NCBI GenBank assembly: GCA_030390025.1
Contig: CM059433.1
Span: 14,448,001-14,512,000 of the forward strand
Direction of reading: 5' to 3'
Origin: Squalus acanthias
Taxonomy: Eukaryota
Length of the DNA stretch: 64,000 bases
In this document: positions 50,895-63,862 of the stretch, piece by piece
How the letters are laid out: every line of letters begins with the position of its first letter
How positions within the stretch are numbered: the first letter of the stretch is position 1
Program-made: the position numbers and the translations under genes
Notes under the pieces: generated by a model
Databases searched by the model: none
What the model was told of the DNA's origin: nothing
The model's input: only the letters and a program-made list of their open reading frames with translations

Positions 50895-51611
50895 GGGCTG
50901 GATTTTCAATGACCCGTGGAGTTGGGTTTGGAGGCGTGTGGGGGCTTAAAGTTGCAGATTCGGGGTTCCCGACCCCATCCCGACTCCACGCAATTTTGAC
51001 AAAATCGGTCGCGGGGTTCCCGACTCCGTCCCACCTCCAAGAGGCGGGAGAGGCCATTAAAGCCCTTAACAAGCCCTAAATTGGCTCTGTAATGCCATTT
51101 TGAAACGTTTTAGCTAGTTTAACCCTTTTCCGACGTGAAGTACGCCTGATGTGAAACACGCCAGTGAAACCTGGCGGGAGCACAAGTGGATAGCTGACTA
51201 TCAGCTGCAGGTCCACTATTACAACGGAGATGTGATGAAGGTAGTAGTAGTATTAGGTCTGAAAGTCGCCTCTGATGCTGCTGCATTGAATGTCTTCAGA
51301 GACTGCCAGGCCTTTGCTGTGAGAGCGCTCTCTCTCTCTCTCTCTCTCTCTCTGATGCATCCAGGTCCAGCCAGGCAATCTCTGAGACCAGGCAGTGTCT
51401 GAAAGCCTTCAATGCAGCAGCAATGATGACATCATCAGAAGCGACTTTCAGACTGAAACCACTAATTGGTTCATGGGTTCCCACATGCTGGAACTCAATT
51501 GCCCAATTAAGTCAAAATTGCATCAATCTCCCACATCCAATTGCAGTCGGGTGGATAACACGAAATGCGGATGACACGACCCCAACCCGCCCCAGTATCA
51601 AAATCCCGCCC
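50895..51611 (+). mobile_element. Harbinger-type MITE (sibling of 22975-23765)
   Basis: TIR GGGCTGGATTTT / AAAATCCCGCCC, TSD ATA. Confidence 0.9.
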
Positions 51612-52115
51612 ATAATGTTATAAAATGTTCCAAAGTGATAGAAAAGATAGAGAAAGAGAGAAAGCTAAAATGATGAGAAGAATCTGGAAATTATGGAAGG
51701 CAAATTGATATCTCAAGGGATCTCAAAATCTCACTATATAGTCCAGTTTGAACTAATGAGCAGGCAGAGGACAGAATGAACAGCAGGGTCCTGATACAGA
51801 CCCCGGGCTAGAATAAGGATGCTAATATATTTTATAGGATAAGGAGGATGTGTAAAGACAAGATTGTCATAAGGAGTGACTTCGAACCATCCAATATAAA
51901 CCAGGAATGCACTAACACAAGTGAAGCAATGGAATTAGAGCAAGTGATACAAAAATGTGATACAAATTAATTTTTCACGAAGTCCAACTCACAGGTAGAC
52001 ATGCTTCTTGCAAGTGAATACAACAGCATCTATGATGTAAAAATATCGGAACCTCTATAATGCTAGTGACCACAATACGTTTAAACGCAAGAACAAGGAT
52101 AAAAATAAAAGCTTA

Positions 52116-53650
52116 GGGGGAGTAATTCGGTATAGCCCCCTTTGGGGTGCTAAAACTTTAAAAGTTGAAAAATTAGCGCTATGCGCTAATCGTTCTCGCC
52201 TCCCGCGAAATTCAGTTTTAGCGCTGAAAGAAGGAAGTGGAGCGCTAAATCAAGCGCTAACCACTTCTCTTAGGGCGCTAACATCTGAGAGCGGGGCGGT
52301 AGCGGCAGTGCGCTAAACAATTTTGAGCGCATTGTAAACGGCGCTCTTTCATCACAGAGGCTGCTTCCCTCGCTTAAAGGGAGAGGCCATTGATGCTGCA
52401 CAAGCTAGTTGTTGTCGGTTCTGTTTTGCAAGGCGACCTGGGTGACTGCCATTACAGCCCCAAACACTCTCACAAAGTGGAGGGCTTGGACATCTTGCAC
52501 CAATGAAACATTAAAAGCTTTGCGCAGGCACCAGACTGGTGCAAGTAATAAAGGTTGCACGAGCTGAAAAGCATTCCCTTTAATTACCGCTCCCGAAGTG
52601 GCCAGCCGAGTTCACAACGCCTCCTCTTGCTGGCGCTGTCAGCGCGAGGTGATAAAGCAGGGGGCGAGAGTCAATTTTCCATCCGGGGCAATAACGGGGC
52701 GCTGCGCACTTTATGGCATCACGATCTGCGAGGCGCTAGAGGCCCAGGTGCTATAAACTGGCACTGAAGTTTGTGGGCATCGCTGCATTCGCCGCACCCG
52801 GGCGCTAACTCCTTAGTGTCCCATTAGTGACCCCACCAGGCACTAACGGGAGGCGCTAACATACCGAATTTCGCGGCCCGAGAGTTTGCAGTAGCCAGTC
52901 AACAAACGGTGCCCACCGTTAGTTAGACTTTTCCGTGCTCATTTAATTTCTGTGAGATCATGCACTGGAAGTTGCTGTAAATGGGAGATGGGAACAGTAC
53001 AGCACCCTCTACAGGGCTTCTGGGATCTGTGTGAGCAGGCCAAGCAACTGTGTATCTCCTTAACCAATCAGATTGAAGGACTGTGAAATGAACAGCGCAG
53101 AATCTGAACCAGCATAAGTTGGAATAGTGAATTCAATGTCAAATCAGGTACAGAAAGAGAAATAAAGAGGGGAAAGAAAGATAGGATTAAGAGAGAAAGA
53201 AAAAAGAGACAGAAAGAAAAAGTGAAAAAAAAATGACATTTAAAAAAAATTTCCAACAACAATTAAAAGCTGAAGGAATGGGACTCCACACTTGTAAGAG
53301 TTAATTTTCAGAGCCAGAGAGGTTGTTTGGCAGTAATTAACACTTATTATGCCATTAAAAATAGTACTTAGACTGAGATAGACAAGCCGAACTTTCTGTG
53401 GTGAGTTTAGTTCATATCTACGGCGAAGTTCCTATACTTGCATTGTTCAATGTATTTGAATGGTGAGTCAGACAGTGAGGTGCCATTTTCGCAAAGCTAA
53501 CGGCAGAGCAGCGCATCTCGGACAGCAACCACCGGATTTTCACATTCAACCACGCATCTGCCCTCGCCTGAAGTTGCTGTGCGATTTGCGCATAAATAAC
53601 GGTGAGCGCCGCTAGCCTCACCGTTATTTTGAATGGAAATTCTGGGCCCA
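52116..53650. mobile_element. Two adjacent Harbinger-type MITEs (about 52116-52879 and 52880-53650)
   Basis: GGGGGAGTAATTCGG...CCGAATTTCGCGGCC; second ends GAAATTCTGGGCCC. The first has ends resembling those of the 19088-25407 element. Confidence 0.7.
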
Positions 53651-54945
53651 TAATCGTAATGACAAACTTCAAAAAATGAGGGAATGAACTAATACTATTG
53701 GGAAATATTGCTAAAAGATATCAGCTGACAGAAAATAATGAACACTTTCAAGAATATAATGTGGAGTATGCAAACTAAGTATAGATTCATGAAAAGTAAG
53801 TGCAAGATATATATGCACAGTCTCCAAATTGGATCAATCTGTCTTTGTACAGAGGGATGTTTTTCTCCACATGAGGAGCACTGTAGAAATCTGTTGTTGT
53901 TGAAGTGAAATGGGAATAAAAACGAACTATACAATGCCTACAGGGAAAAGAAGAGAGAAAAAACTCTGGGGAGTACATACATTTGCTGAAACAGGTTAAA
54001 AGAGATATCAGTAACACAAAGAGGACCCTAGAGATAACCATAGCTAAAGATGCGCAGCATAACACTAGAAAGGTCTTCTCTTGTCACACTAGTAAAAGTT
54101 AGAACTCTTAAAGAGAAAAGTGGCTTTAAAGTTAAAGATTATATAGTAGAATCACAATCATATTTTCTATATGTATTCATAGAGAGGGAAATATTAATTT
54201 GTTATCCATATTCTTTAGGACACATAACATCCTGGAGGGTTTAGAAGTCAGGGTAGTAATTCGGCAGGAAGAAGTAATTGATAAGTTTGGAGAGCTTAAG
54301 ACTAACAAATTCCCTAGGTCAGTTTCTATGTATCCTAGGATTACACGGAAATTACAATGTGGAAACAGGCCATTCGGCCTGACCAGATCATGTTGGTGTT
54401 TATTCTCCACACTGGCAGTAGTCCTAATCCCATGTGCACACTCTGTTCTTGTATCCCATTATTCCCCTTTCTTTCAACTCACAACCCTCTGTGTAAAATA
54501 AAGTTTCTCCTGCTCTCCACCCCCTCATTCTAGACCCCCTCCATCACTGGAAATGGTCTGTTTCTGTCCCACTGCCATGCAGAGCGGCTGACCTCCCCCT
54601 GATCCTGTGAACTTTGCCAGGGTCAGTGATGGAGGTCCCGGATGGGCGTATCTCAGCATTTACGCAGATTTTTAGGGCACTTGAGATAGATAGCAGAAGA
54701 ATAGACACATTTCAGATAATGATTTAGGCGATAAGTCATTGAACAGATTTATTAAAGTGAACACAAACAGTAGCAAGAGGCAATGCAGCAGTTTGCACTA
54801 TTTGCACAGAACTATAAACTCACACTTCGTTTACAAGTACAAAAAACCCCCAAAAGATGTCACACTTCATATTTTGCTACTGAAAATACTAAATGTGGAC
54901 TAGTATTCATACTATTGTTCTTATATGTACTTCTATATATTACTT

Positions 54946-55410
54946 AGTGTCAGCTGTGGCTCAGTGGGTAGCACACTCGCCTCGGAGTCAGAAGGTTGTG
55001 GGTTCAAGTCTCACTCCAGGGACTTGAGCACATAAAGCTAGGCTGACACTCCAGTGCAGTGTTGAGGGAGTGCTGCACTGTCGGAGGTGCCGTCTTTCAG
55101 ATGAGACATTAAACCGAGGCCCCGTCTGCTCTCTCAAGTGGATGTAAAAGATCCCAAGGCACTATTTCAAAGAAGAGCAGGGGAGTTGTCCCTGGCCAAT
55201 ATTTATCCCTCAACCAACATAACAAAAACAGATTATCTGGTCATTATCACATTGCTGTTTGTGGGACCTTGCTGTGCGCAAATTGGCTGCTGCATTTCCC
55301 ACATTACAACAATGACTCCACTTCCAAAGTACTTCATTGGCTATAAAGCGCTTTGAGACATCTGGTGGTTGTGAAAGGCGCTATAGAAATACAAGTCTTT
55401 CTTTCTTTCC
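54946..55410 (+). mobile_element. Full-length Deu-type tRNA SINE
   Basis: Box A TGGCTCAGTGGG, box B GGTTCAAGTC, conserved core and tail. Confidence 0.88.
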
Positions 55411-55489
55411 ATGAGACCACTTCTTCTCTGCTTGAGCTGCAGTACGATACAAGAAGAACTGGTAAGGATGGGATTATAACCCGACTTAC

Positions 55490-55571
55490 CCCGTTTGACC
55501 TCAGAAATCCAGAAGGTGATTGATAGATAATAGCTCTCCAGAAGAAAAGATTTTCTAATCTTATCTATGGA
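55490..55571 (-). CDS. Candidate internal exon
   Basis: tttgtttgactatcag / ggg-gtaagt; single open frame SIDKIRKSFLLESYYLSITFWISEVKR. Confidence 0.3.
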
Positions 55572-55699
55572 CTGATAGTCAAACAAAAGGTATCAGGAAG
55601 TAACAACAACAACTTGCATTTAGAAATCGCATTTAATCTAGTAAAACATCCCAAGGAGCTTCGCAGGAGCAAAAACAGGATGGTGGGTGTATAAAAGCT

Positions 55700-56968
55700 T
55701 GGTCAACAGAGTAAGCCACGGCAGGTAAGTGTGGTGTGTTGTGAGTCTGGTCTGATGTTTGTGAAAAGATGACAGCTGCAGAAGTGGTGTCAAGGATGCC
55801 ATGTTGCACATGGTGAGTTTCAGAGCAAAGAAAATGTTGGTTACTGCATTTTTAATACATATACAGATTTCTTTAGCTTACAAGTTTTTAAATCCAACTG
55901 TATGTCCAGTGCCACCTCATTGGGAGAACGTCTCTCACCAGTGACAGATCGCTTCTGTCATCTCACCTGCAGCTGCCATCTATTGCAGCAACATCGGAGC
56001 CAATGAAACAATCAGACCTTGGTCCTCCGAATCCTTCCACAATCATCCCAAACACCAACATCACCAACCTCATCACCAACCTTCGCCGCCATCACCTGAT
56101 GCTGCACTGGGCACAGGGCATCAGCCCCTGACAACATTGCTGGCCGGGAGGCCAGTGATGGCATCACCATGGCCAGACTTTCTTCACTTGATGCTGTAAA
56201 CCCTGGCTGCCACATGATGCACCAGGTTGACACCATCCCACACCAGCACCGTGAAGCATCCTTTTAATGTCCAAGCCATTCCATGCACACACATCACTAT
56301 AGCGGGGTGGGGGCAGGGGTGGGAGTTATGACTGAACAATCACTGGAACTCAGTAAGACACTTCTCAATTTGCGCTCAGATCTGTCCAATAAGGGGCACT
56401 TTTTGAAAAAGAGCTTTCACTGTATGACAACACATTACCAGAAACTTCACATGGACATTGGCTAAACCTCTCAAGTGCCTACCCTTGTGTGTTGTTAGTT
56501 GGTATGCTTGCAGTAGAATGAGGGTGAGTGTGAGGGATGGCTAGTGAGATGTGGAAGTGATAAAGTAGAGGTCTCTTCCGCCCTTGGAAGGGAAGAGAAC
56601 CTCCCTGCGTACTGTGACTCCCTCCATAAGCATATGGAGGGAGTCATTTGAGAGCCTGGATGCAGGAGTTCACCTTTGTGCAGTGATTGTCAGTGTTTTC
56701 AGCACCTCAATGCTGTCAAACACTGAAAAATCAATGGTCAAAATAAAATTGTGCATGGTCCCTTTAAGGAAACCGGCAGATGACGCGTCATCAAATGACG
56801 TCATCAGACCCGCTTCCTGTTAATTGGCCGGGAAGCCCGCAGGGCGGGCTCAACAAGGCCAATCAAGGGAAAATCATGTCTGTGGAACGGAGGCAGCTGG
56901 GAGCGGGACTGGAACCCGGAAAACCGCTGTCCCGCACCCATCCCGACACCGAGGAGAAAATCACGGCC
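55700..56968 (-). mobile_element. Third, partial copy of the Harbinger deletion derivative
   Basis: Homologous to about 48300-49763; ends AAAATCACGGCC. Confidence 0.75.
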
Positions 56969-57511
56969 TCTGCCATTTCTTGTCTTGGACAGTTTTTAAC
57001 CAAGGTTGAAATATAAAGCACGCAGGATACTGTCGGGAGGGAGCAAACAGAACAACTGGTATGAAGTAAATTGTCAGCAAGACAATACCCAACTGGCTTG
57101 ATAATTACAAAATTGATTTTTCTTTTATTTATGTCATATTACTCATAAATTACAGCAGTAGATCTTTTCTGTATGGGTGTCTTTCTTACTTGGATTCAGA
57201 AATATTCAATAATAATTAGCTAATAATGGCTTTTGTAACATCATATTCTAAATCACAAAGGCTACTTTGGAAAAGTGTCAATGCTCCAGTCTATATATCT
57301 TATCCTATAATGTAATTTACTTTAAAAAAAAAACAGTTTTACTCAGTTGCTAAAAAAAAAATCAATATTATCAATGCATGTATTTTCCATTCTATCACCT
57401 TGGGGTAATCACAATTCTGTCTGCACCTTGGGGGAGGTGGGGGCGATAACTTCCGGATTTCCGCGTTTAACTGCGCATATGCGGACCCCAGAAGTTGCTG
57501 TCAGCTTTACC

Positions 57512-58031
57512 CTATAATAAGGATATACTTGCCATAGAGGGAGTGCAACGAAGGTTCACCAGACTGGTTCCTGGGATGGGGGGATTGTCCTATGAGGTGA
57601 GATTGAGTAGACTAGGCCTATATTCTCTAGAGTTTAGAAGAATGAGAGGTGATCTCATTGAAACATACAAATTCTTACAGGGCTTGACAGGGTGGATGCA
57701 GGGAGGATGCTTCCCCTGGCTGGGGAGTCTAGAACCAGGGGTCACAGTCTCAGAATAAGGGGTCGGCCATTTAGGACTGAGATGAGGAGAAATTTCTTCA
57801 CTCAGAGGGTGGTGAATCTACCCCAGAGGGCTGTGGAGGCTCAGTCGTTGAGTATATTCAAGATAGAGATCAATAGATTTTTGAATACTACGGGAATTGA
57901 GGGATATGGGGATAGTGCAGGAAAGTGGAGTTGAGGTAGAAGATCAGCCATGATCTTATTGAATGGCGGAGCAGGCTCGAAGGGCCAAATGGCCTACTCC
58001 TGCTCCTATTTCTTATGTTCTTATGTTCTTA
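57512..58031 (+). mobile_element. CR1 3' fragment
   Basis: KDILAIEGVQRRFTRL...FFTQRVV; (TTCTTATG)n tail. Confidence 0.9.
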
Positions 58032-58505
58032 TAAAGGTGAGCGCTTACAGGTTCACCATTATTAGTACTGCAAAATCTGAGCCTATGGCTTTTGATTGAT
58101 CCCGATGTTATTACAGTGCAAGGCTTGTGCTCTTGATTTGATTTTCTTGCCAGCTGTTCCATGGTTGAGTAACAAGAACCTGGTTAATAGGAAACCTTAC
58201 CAGATAATTAATGACAACTCTAATTACCTTTGAGGGTACCATTGCAATTACATAACTTGAACTGGAATTGGTTGAAGACATCTCTAAATTGAATTAAAAG
58301 GTTTTCAACAAGAATTTCAAACTGTATCTCCTATCAATCATTAGTTCTGATTTAGAGGTAGCTAAAATTCAGTAAGTTGTTTAACTCATCATGAACTATA
58401 TTCTCATTCCCTTTCAAATGAAAATGTAAGGATATATTCAACTAACCAATGAAACTAAAACTACCGGAAAACAACGATGCACGTTTGAAGGGCAAGTATT
58501 TAAAG

Positions 58506-58625
58506 GATAAAAACAGAAAATGCTGGAAACACTCAGCAGGTCAGGCAGCATCTGTTGACAGAGAAAGAGAGTTAACGTTTCAGGTCGATGGACTTTCGTC
58601 AGTTCTGACCTGCTGAGTGTTTCAT
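58506..58625 (-). mobile_element. PLE family C pLTR fragment with degenerate HHR and short fold-back
   Basis: Minus CTGACGA...gacctGAAACGTTaac; stem II mismatched. Confidence 0.65.
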
Positions 58626-58761
58626 AGAATCAAAGGGGGTGATTTTGTGACTGGGGGCGCGTTGGAGGCGGGACTGCTGCTTGGCGGGTCGATGTCCCAC
58701 CTCCATCGACTTGTGGCCAACACACGCTATTTTCCCTGATTGACCTTGTTAAGCCCGCCCA

Positions 58762-60710
58762 GAATACCCAGCCTCTGACCTGCTCTTGTTGCCACAGTAT
58801 TTATGTGGCTGGTCCAGTTAAGTTTCTGGTCAATGGTGACCCGCAGGATGTTGATGTTGGGGGATACGGCGATGGTAATGCCATTGAATGTCAAGAGGCA
58901 GTGGTTAGACTCTCGTTTGTTGGAGATAGTCATTTCCTGGCACTTCTGTGGTGCGAATGTTACCTGTCACTTATCAGCCCAAGCCTGAATGTCATCCAGG
59001 TCTTGCTGCATGTGGGCATGGACTGCTTCATTATCTGAGGAGTTGTGAATGGCACTGAACACTTTGCAGTCATGAATGAACATCCCCACTTCTGACCTTA
59101 TGATGAAGGGAAGGTCTTTGATGAAGCAGCTGAAGATGGTTGGGCCTAGGACACTGCCCCGAAGAACTCCTGCAGCGATGCCCTGGGGCTGTGATGATTG
59201 ACTTCCAACCACCACAACCATCTTCCTTTGTGCTAGGTATGACTCCAGCCAGTGGAGAATTTTCCCCCCGATTCCCATTGACTTCAGTTTTACTAGGGCT
59301 CCTTGATGCCACACTCAGTCAAATGTTGCCTTGATGTCAAGGGGAGTCACTCTCACCTCACCTCTGAAATTTAGCTCTTTTGTCCGTTTGGACCAAGGCT
59401 GTAATGAGTTCGGGAGCCGAGTGGTCCTGGCGGAACCCAAACTAAGCATTGGTGAGCAGGTTATTGGTGAGTAAGTGCCGTTTGATAGCATTGTCGACGA
59501 CACCTTCCATCACTTTGCTGATGATTGAAAGTAGACTGATGGGGTGGTAAATGGCTGGATTGGATTTGATCTGCTTTTTGTGGACATGACATAGCTGGGC
59601 AGTTTTCCAGATTGCCGGATAGATGCCAGTGTTGTAGCTGTACTGAAACAGCTTGGCTAGACGCGTGGCTAGTTCTGGGGCACAAGTCTTCAGCATAACA
59701 ATCGGGATGTTGTCAGGGCCCATGGCCTTTGCTGTATCCAGTGCACTCAGCCCTTTGTTGATATCACGTGGAGTGAATCGAATTGGCTGAAGACTGGCTT
59801 TTGTGATGGTGTGGACCTCAGGAGGAGGCCGATATGGATCATCCACTCGGCACTTCTGGCTGAAGATGGTTGCTAACACTTCAGCCTTGTCTTTTGCACT
59901 CACGTGCTGGGCTCCGCCATCATTGAGGATGGAGATATTCAAGGAGCCTCCTCCTCCCGTTAGTTGTTTAATGGTCCACCACCATTCACGACTGGATGTG
60001 GCAGGACTGCAGAACTTTGATCTGATCCGTTGATTGTGGGATCGCTTAGCCCTGTCTATAGCATGCTGCTTCCACTTTTTAGCATGCATGTAGTCCTGTG
60101 TTGCAGCTTCCCCAGGTTGGCACCTCATTTTTAGGTACGCCTGGTGCTGCTCCTGGCATGTTCTTCTACACTCCTTATTGAACCAGGGTTGGTCCCCTGG
60201 CTTAATGCTAATGGTAGAGTGAGGCATATGCCGGGCCATGAGGTTACAGATTGTCGTGGAATATAATTCTGCTGCTGCTGATGGCCCACAGTGCCTCAAG
60301 GATGCTCAGTTTTGAGCTGCTAGATCTGTTCTGAATCTATCCCATTTAGCACGGTGGTCGTGCTACACAACACAATGGAGGGTGTCCTCAGTGTGAAGAC
60401 GGGACTTCGTCTCCACAATGACTGTGTGGTGGTCACTACTACCAATGCTGTCATGGACAGATGCATCTGCAACAGGTAGATTGGTGAGGACGAGGTCAAG
60501 TAGGTTTTTCCCTCGTGTTGGTTCTCTCACCACCAGTCGCAGGCCCAGACTGGCAACAATGTCCTTCACGACTCAGCCAGCTCGGTCAGTAGTGGTGCTA
60601 CCGAGCCACTCTTGGTGATGGACATTGAAGTCCCCCACCCAGAGTACCTTCTGTGCCCTTGCAACTCTCAGTGCTTTTTCCAAGTGGTGTTCAACATGGA
60701 GGCATACTGA
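58762..60710 (-). mobile_element. LINE family B internal fragment (endonuclease end, tether, RT), frameshifted
   Basis: VREPTRGKNLLDLVLTN...IGSSDHH; PWFNKEC; KAMGPDNIP; PISLLSIISKVME; GSVLGPTIF. Confidence 0.88.
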
Positions 60711-61764
60711 ATGGCAAAGCCAAGCGCCCGCACAGTAACACTGGTTTCATCAGTGGCAAAGTTGATATAATTGGCTGACTTGTTAAACAGGGCATCGATG
60801 ACCTGTGTGATACATCTGTGGGCGGGCGACTGCGAGATGCTGCAAATGTCTGCTGCAGATCCCTGGAAAGAGCCCGAGGTGAAAAAGTTGAGGGCGCTGG
60901 TGACTTTGACAGCCATTGGTAAAGTGTGTCCACCCACTCCTCTGGACTACAGGTCTTGCTGCAGCAATGTGCAAATGTCTGCAATGACAAGGCACTGCTG
61001 CTCTGTCATGTTGAGGAAGCGTATCCTCTACCTGTATACCCTGTGTTGGGGGTATCACCTCTGGCATGGTGCAGGCCTGCGCTGATGCCCTCTGTCCTGT
61101 GCAGCATCAGGTGGTTGAGGAGAAGGTTGGTGTTGTTGTTGGTGCTGCTGGTGTTGGGGCTCATCGTGGTGGGATTCTGAGGACCAAGGTGAGACAGTAT
61201 AAACGGCACCCATGCTGATGGAATAGATGGCAGGTCAAGTAGTGATGACAGAAGCAATCTGTCAATGATGTGATAGGTTCTAACAATGAGGTGAGACTGG
61301 ATGGCAACTTTGCTGGAAACACTTGCAGCCTGTAGAAAGCTAAATCTGTGCTGGTAATGCAGTCAGCAACAGCTGCTGCCTGAGGAAAGTGATCAGCTGT
61401 GAGGTGGGACTTTTTATTGTACTTTCTATGCTGTGCACTAATCAGCTGGATCAATGGCCATTCAACTTCCGCCTCAGGTTGACAGATGTGGTTCCCGAGC
61501 TGCGTGATTCCCGTGTTCATCCAGGGAAATTTGAAAGGCGGGGTTAAAAAGACTCTTCAGGGTCTGATAACTACCTGACAATGATTTAAATTAGCTCGCC
61601 CTGCCTCTGCCGTTCGGGTCACTGCCGCACTGGAAAATGCACCTGAGGGAAAGGCGCGTGGGGGCGGGATGACGGCGGGTTTCCGACTCGCTCCAAGATA
61701 TTGCAAATTTCCCACCCGCCCCAACCTCCGATCGCACCCGCAAGGACCCCAGAAAATTCCGGCC
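60710..61764 (-). pseudogene. Harbinger transposase 5' half plus element end
   Basis: MGAVYTVSPWSSESHHDEPQHQQ...FLNMTEQQCL...[20 protein letters not shown]...[10 protein letters not shown]; terminus AAAATTCCGGCC at 61764. Confidence 0.82.
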
Positions 61765-61765
61765 T

Positions 61766-61980
61766 ATGACTCTATTTATAAATCCAAGGATCCCGTATGC
61801 TTTTATCAACTTGTCCTGCCACCTTCAAAGATTTGTGTACATAACCCCCCAGGTCTCTCTGTTCCTGCGTCCCCTTTAAAATTGTACCATTTAGTTTATA
61901 TTGCCTCTCCTCATTCTTCATTCCAAAACGCATCACTTCACACCACATGCCATATGTCTGCCCATTTCACCAGTCTGTCG
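61766..61980 (-). mobile_element. CR1 internal fragment
   Basis: Homologous to about 40080-40320. Confidence 0.7.
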
Positions 61981-62129
61981 CTATCAAAAAAGTTATTAGC
62001 AGTGCTTTTACTTCCATTCGTTAACATACAACATTTTGAAACTCAAGTCATATCTGCAGATGTCCTATTTTGAAAATAGTTCACAACTGAAGGTGTTTTC
62101 AAATCTTTGTAAAACCACAAAATTCTAAC

Positions 62130-62176
62130 CTGTGTCGAAAGGTAACAGGCCGTATTTGAAATTGGGCGAGGGGCAC
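62130..62176 (-). CDS. Candidate internal exon
   Basis: ttgatttcag / cag-gttaga; VPLAQFQIRPVTFRH, phase-compatible with the previous candidate. Confidence 0.3.
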
Positions 62177-62758
62177 CTGAAATCAATAAAGCGTGTTCAT
62201 GCTTCTCCGATGTTCGAGCCAAAAAAAAACTAAAATGGCAACAATCAGCTGAAATGAAGATTTGATTATTCCAGCCTGCCATTAAAATTCTTTTCACTTT
62301 CAGATTAAAAAAAAGCAGATTTGTAGCCGTGTGGCTCCAAGAATTGTTCTTCATGTCATGTTAGGGCTGATTCATGTTTTGAGAATAGACTCTTTATCCA
62401 TGAACTACTGAGCAAGATCCTTCACCGGTAATTGCATGTTGCTACATTAAGTAAATACCGTATAAGTATGCAAATACATTTAATTATTTCAGAGGTTGGA
62501 ATGAAAAAAGAGGCACCATGTAAGGAAAATATTGTCTATCTTTCATCTAATTACTTTTCAAGAAATTAATTTTCATACTAGAATTTTAAGTTAAACATAA
62601 ATCATCATAAACAAATGCCTGAATAATGCATCAACTTTCAGAATTATTTGCTAACACATTTCCCAGTGGCGTTTGATATATTTATTACTGTCCAAGTCCA
62701 GTAATGATTGCAAGCAACATGATTTGGAGTTTTTCTCTGGCTGCATAAAGTCGATTAT

Positions 62759-63330
62759 GGGCCGTATTTTGCGACCCCTACGGGTGCGTATGCGAGAGAT
62801 GGATGGGCCTCCGCGGGTGGAGAGTTGCGCTATTTGCCCAACTTCCGCCCGCTGAAAGGCCATGGAATTCTTACGCCTGGTAAAAACAGGCGTGAGGCCT
62901 GCACTTACCAGCTTAAGAGTTTTAAAAAAATTGAAAAATAAAATATTATCACTCACTTATACATTAAAAAACCCCTGTCCAATAAGGTAAGTTTATTTTT
63001 AGCCCCGTTAACACATATACATTTTTTTTTCAAAAAGTTACATTTTTAGTTGAAAATATTTAGTTGAATGCCATTTTAATTAATTTTATATATGTCACCT
63101 TTTTAAAAAATGTATTTCATGTGTTCGTGTAATTTTTAAGTCATCCCCATTCATACTTATGACAGTTCCGTACGTACTACTTTTACATCGGGAACTTGCG
63201 ATGTTGCTGGGGGGCTGGGGGCGGGATATCACACCAAAGGAAGGGAGTGTCAGGACAAACTTTTCCTTAATGGGACACTGTTTTAATTCAGAAGTATTTA
63301 GCAAACCATTTTTTCCACTTTTCCCGGACA
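62759..63330 (+). mobile_element. Partial Harbinger-type MITE
   Basis: Starts GGGCCGTATTTT; AT-rich centre like 13420-13620. Confidence 0.55.
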
Positions 63331-63344
63331 CTACAAGTCAATGA

Positions 63345-63595
63345 TAGAGACTGTGTGAACATGCGCCACTGTATTTTGACAGGCTTGCTGGAGCATGGAA
63401 CACTTTGGCACAGGCAGTGGTTGAGGCAGAGACTGTAGCTTCTTTTAAGGGAAAGTTTGATAAATATTTGAAGCAGAGGAAGATACAGGGCTATGGGTAG
63501 AACGGGAGTATATGTGTATTGATCCAGCAAAGAGCCTGCACAGATGTGATGAGCCCAACGGCCTCCTTCTATGCCGTGTATGTCTATGTTTCTAA
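63345..63595 (+). mobile_element. Old CR1 3' end
   Basis: tggaacactttggcacaggcagtggttgaggcagag...ctatgtttct tail. Confidence 0.6.
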
Positions 63596-63752
63596 CTTTA
63601 TTGTATTATTGGAATGTGATGATCTGCTGTTCTTCCTTCCTGGACATTGTCAGCACCTTGGGACGTTTTACTGCATTAAAGGTGTTATATAAATGCAAGA
63701 TGTTGTTGTTGTCAGTGCCCCTTTAAAGGTGTACTTCAGTGAAATTATGTAC

Positions 63753-63862
63753 CTCTAAATTTAGTCTGGGCACAAATTGTGCAAGGCTGGTAAAATTAAC
63801 TTTCCCTTCCATTCCCTGGTGATGTAACCCTTGACTGTACAGCTCAAGCTGAAAGCTCACCA
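63753..63862 (-). CDS. Candidate internal exon of an unidentified host gene
   Basis: Pyrimidine-rich acceptor (ctcttttcttctccctatgcaacag), donor gag/gtacat, open frame VSFQLELYSQGLHHQGMEGKVNFTSLAQFVPRLNLE. Confidence 0.3.

Noticed and set aside
54946..55025. tRNA gene (also at about 18421 and 26560-26636)
   Set aside because: Box A/B heads of SINEs continuing into SINE body and tail.
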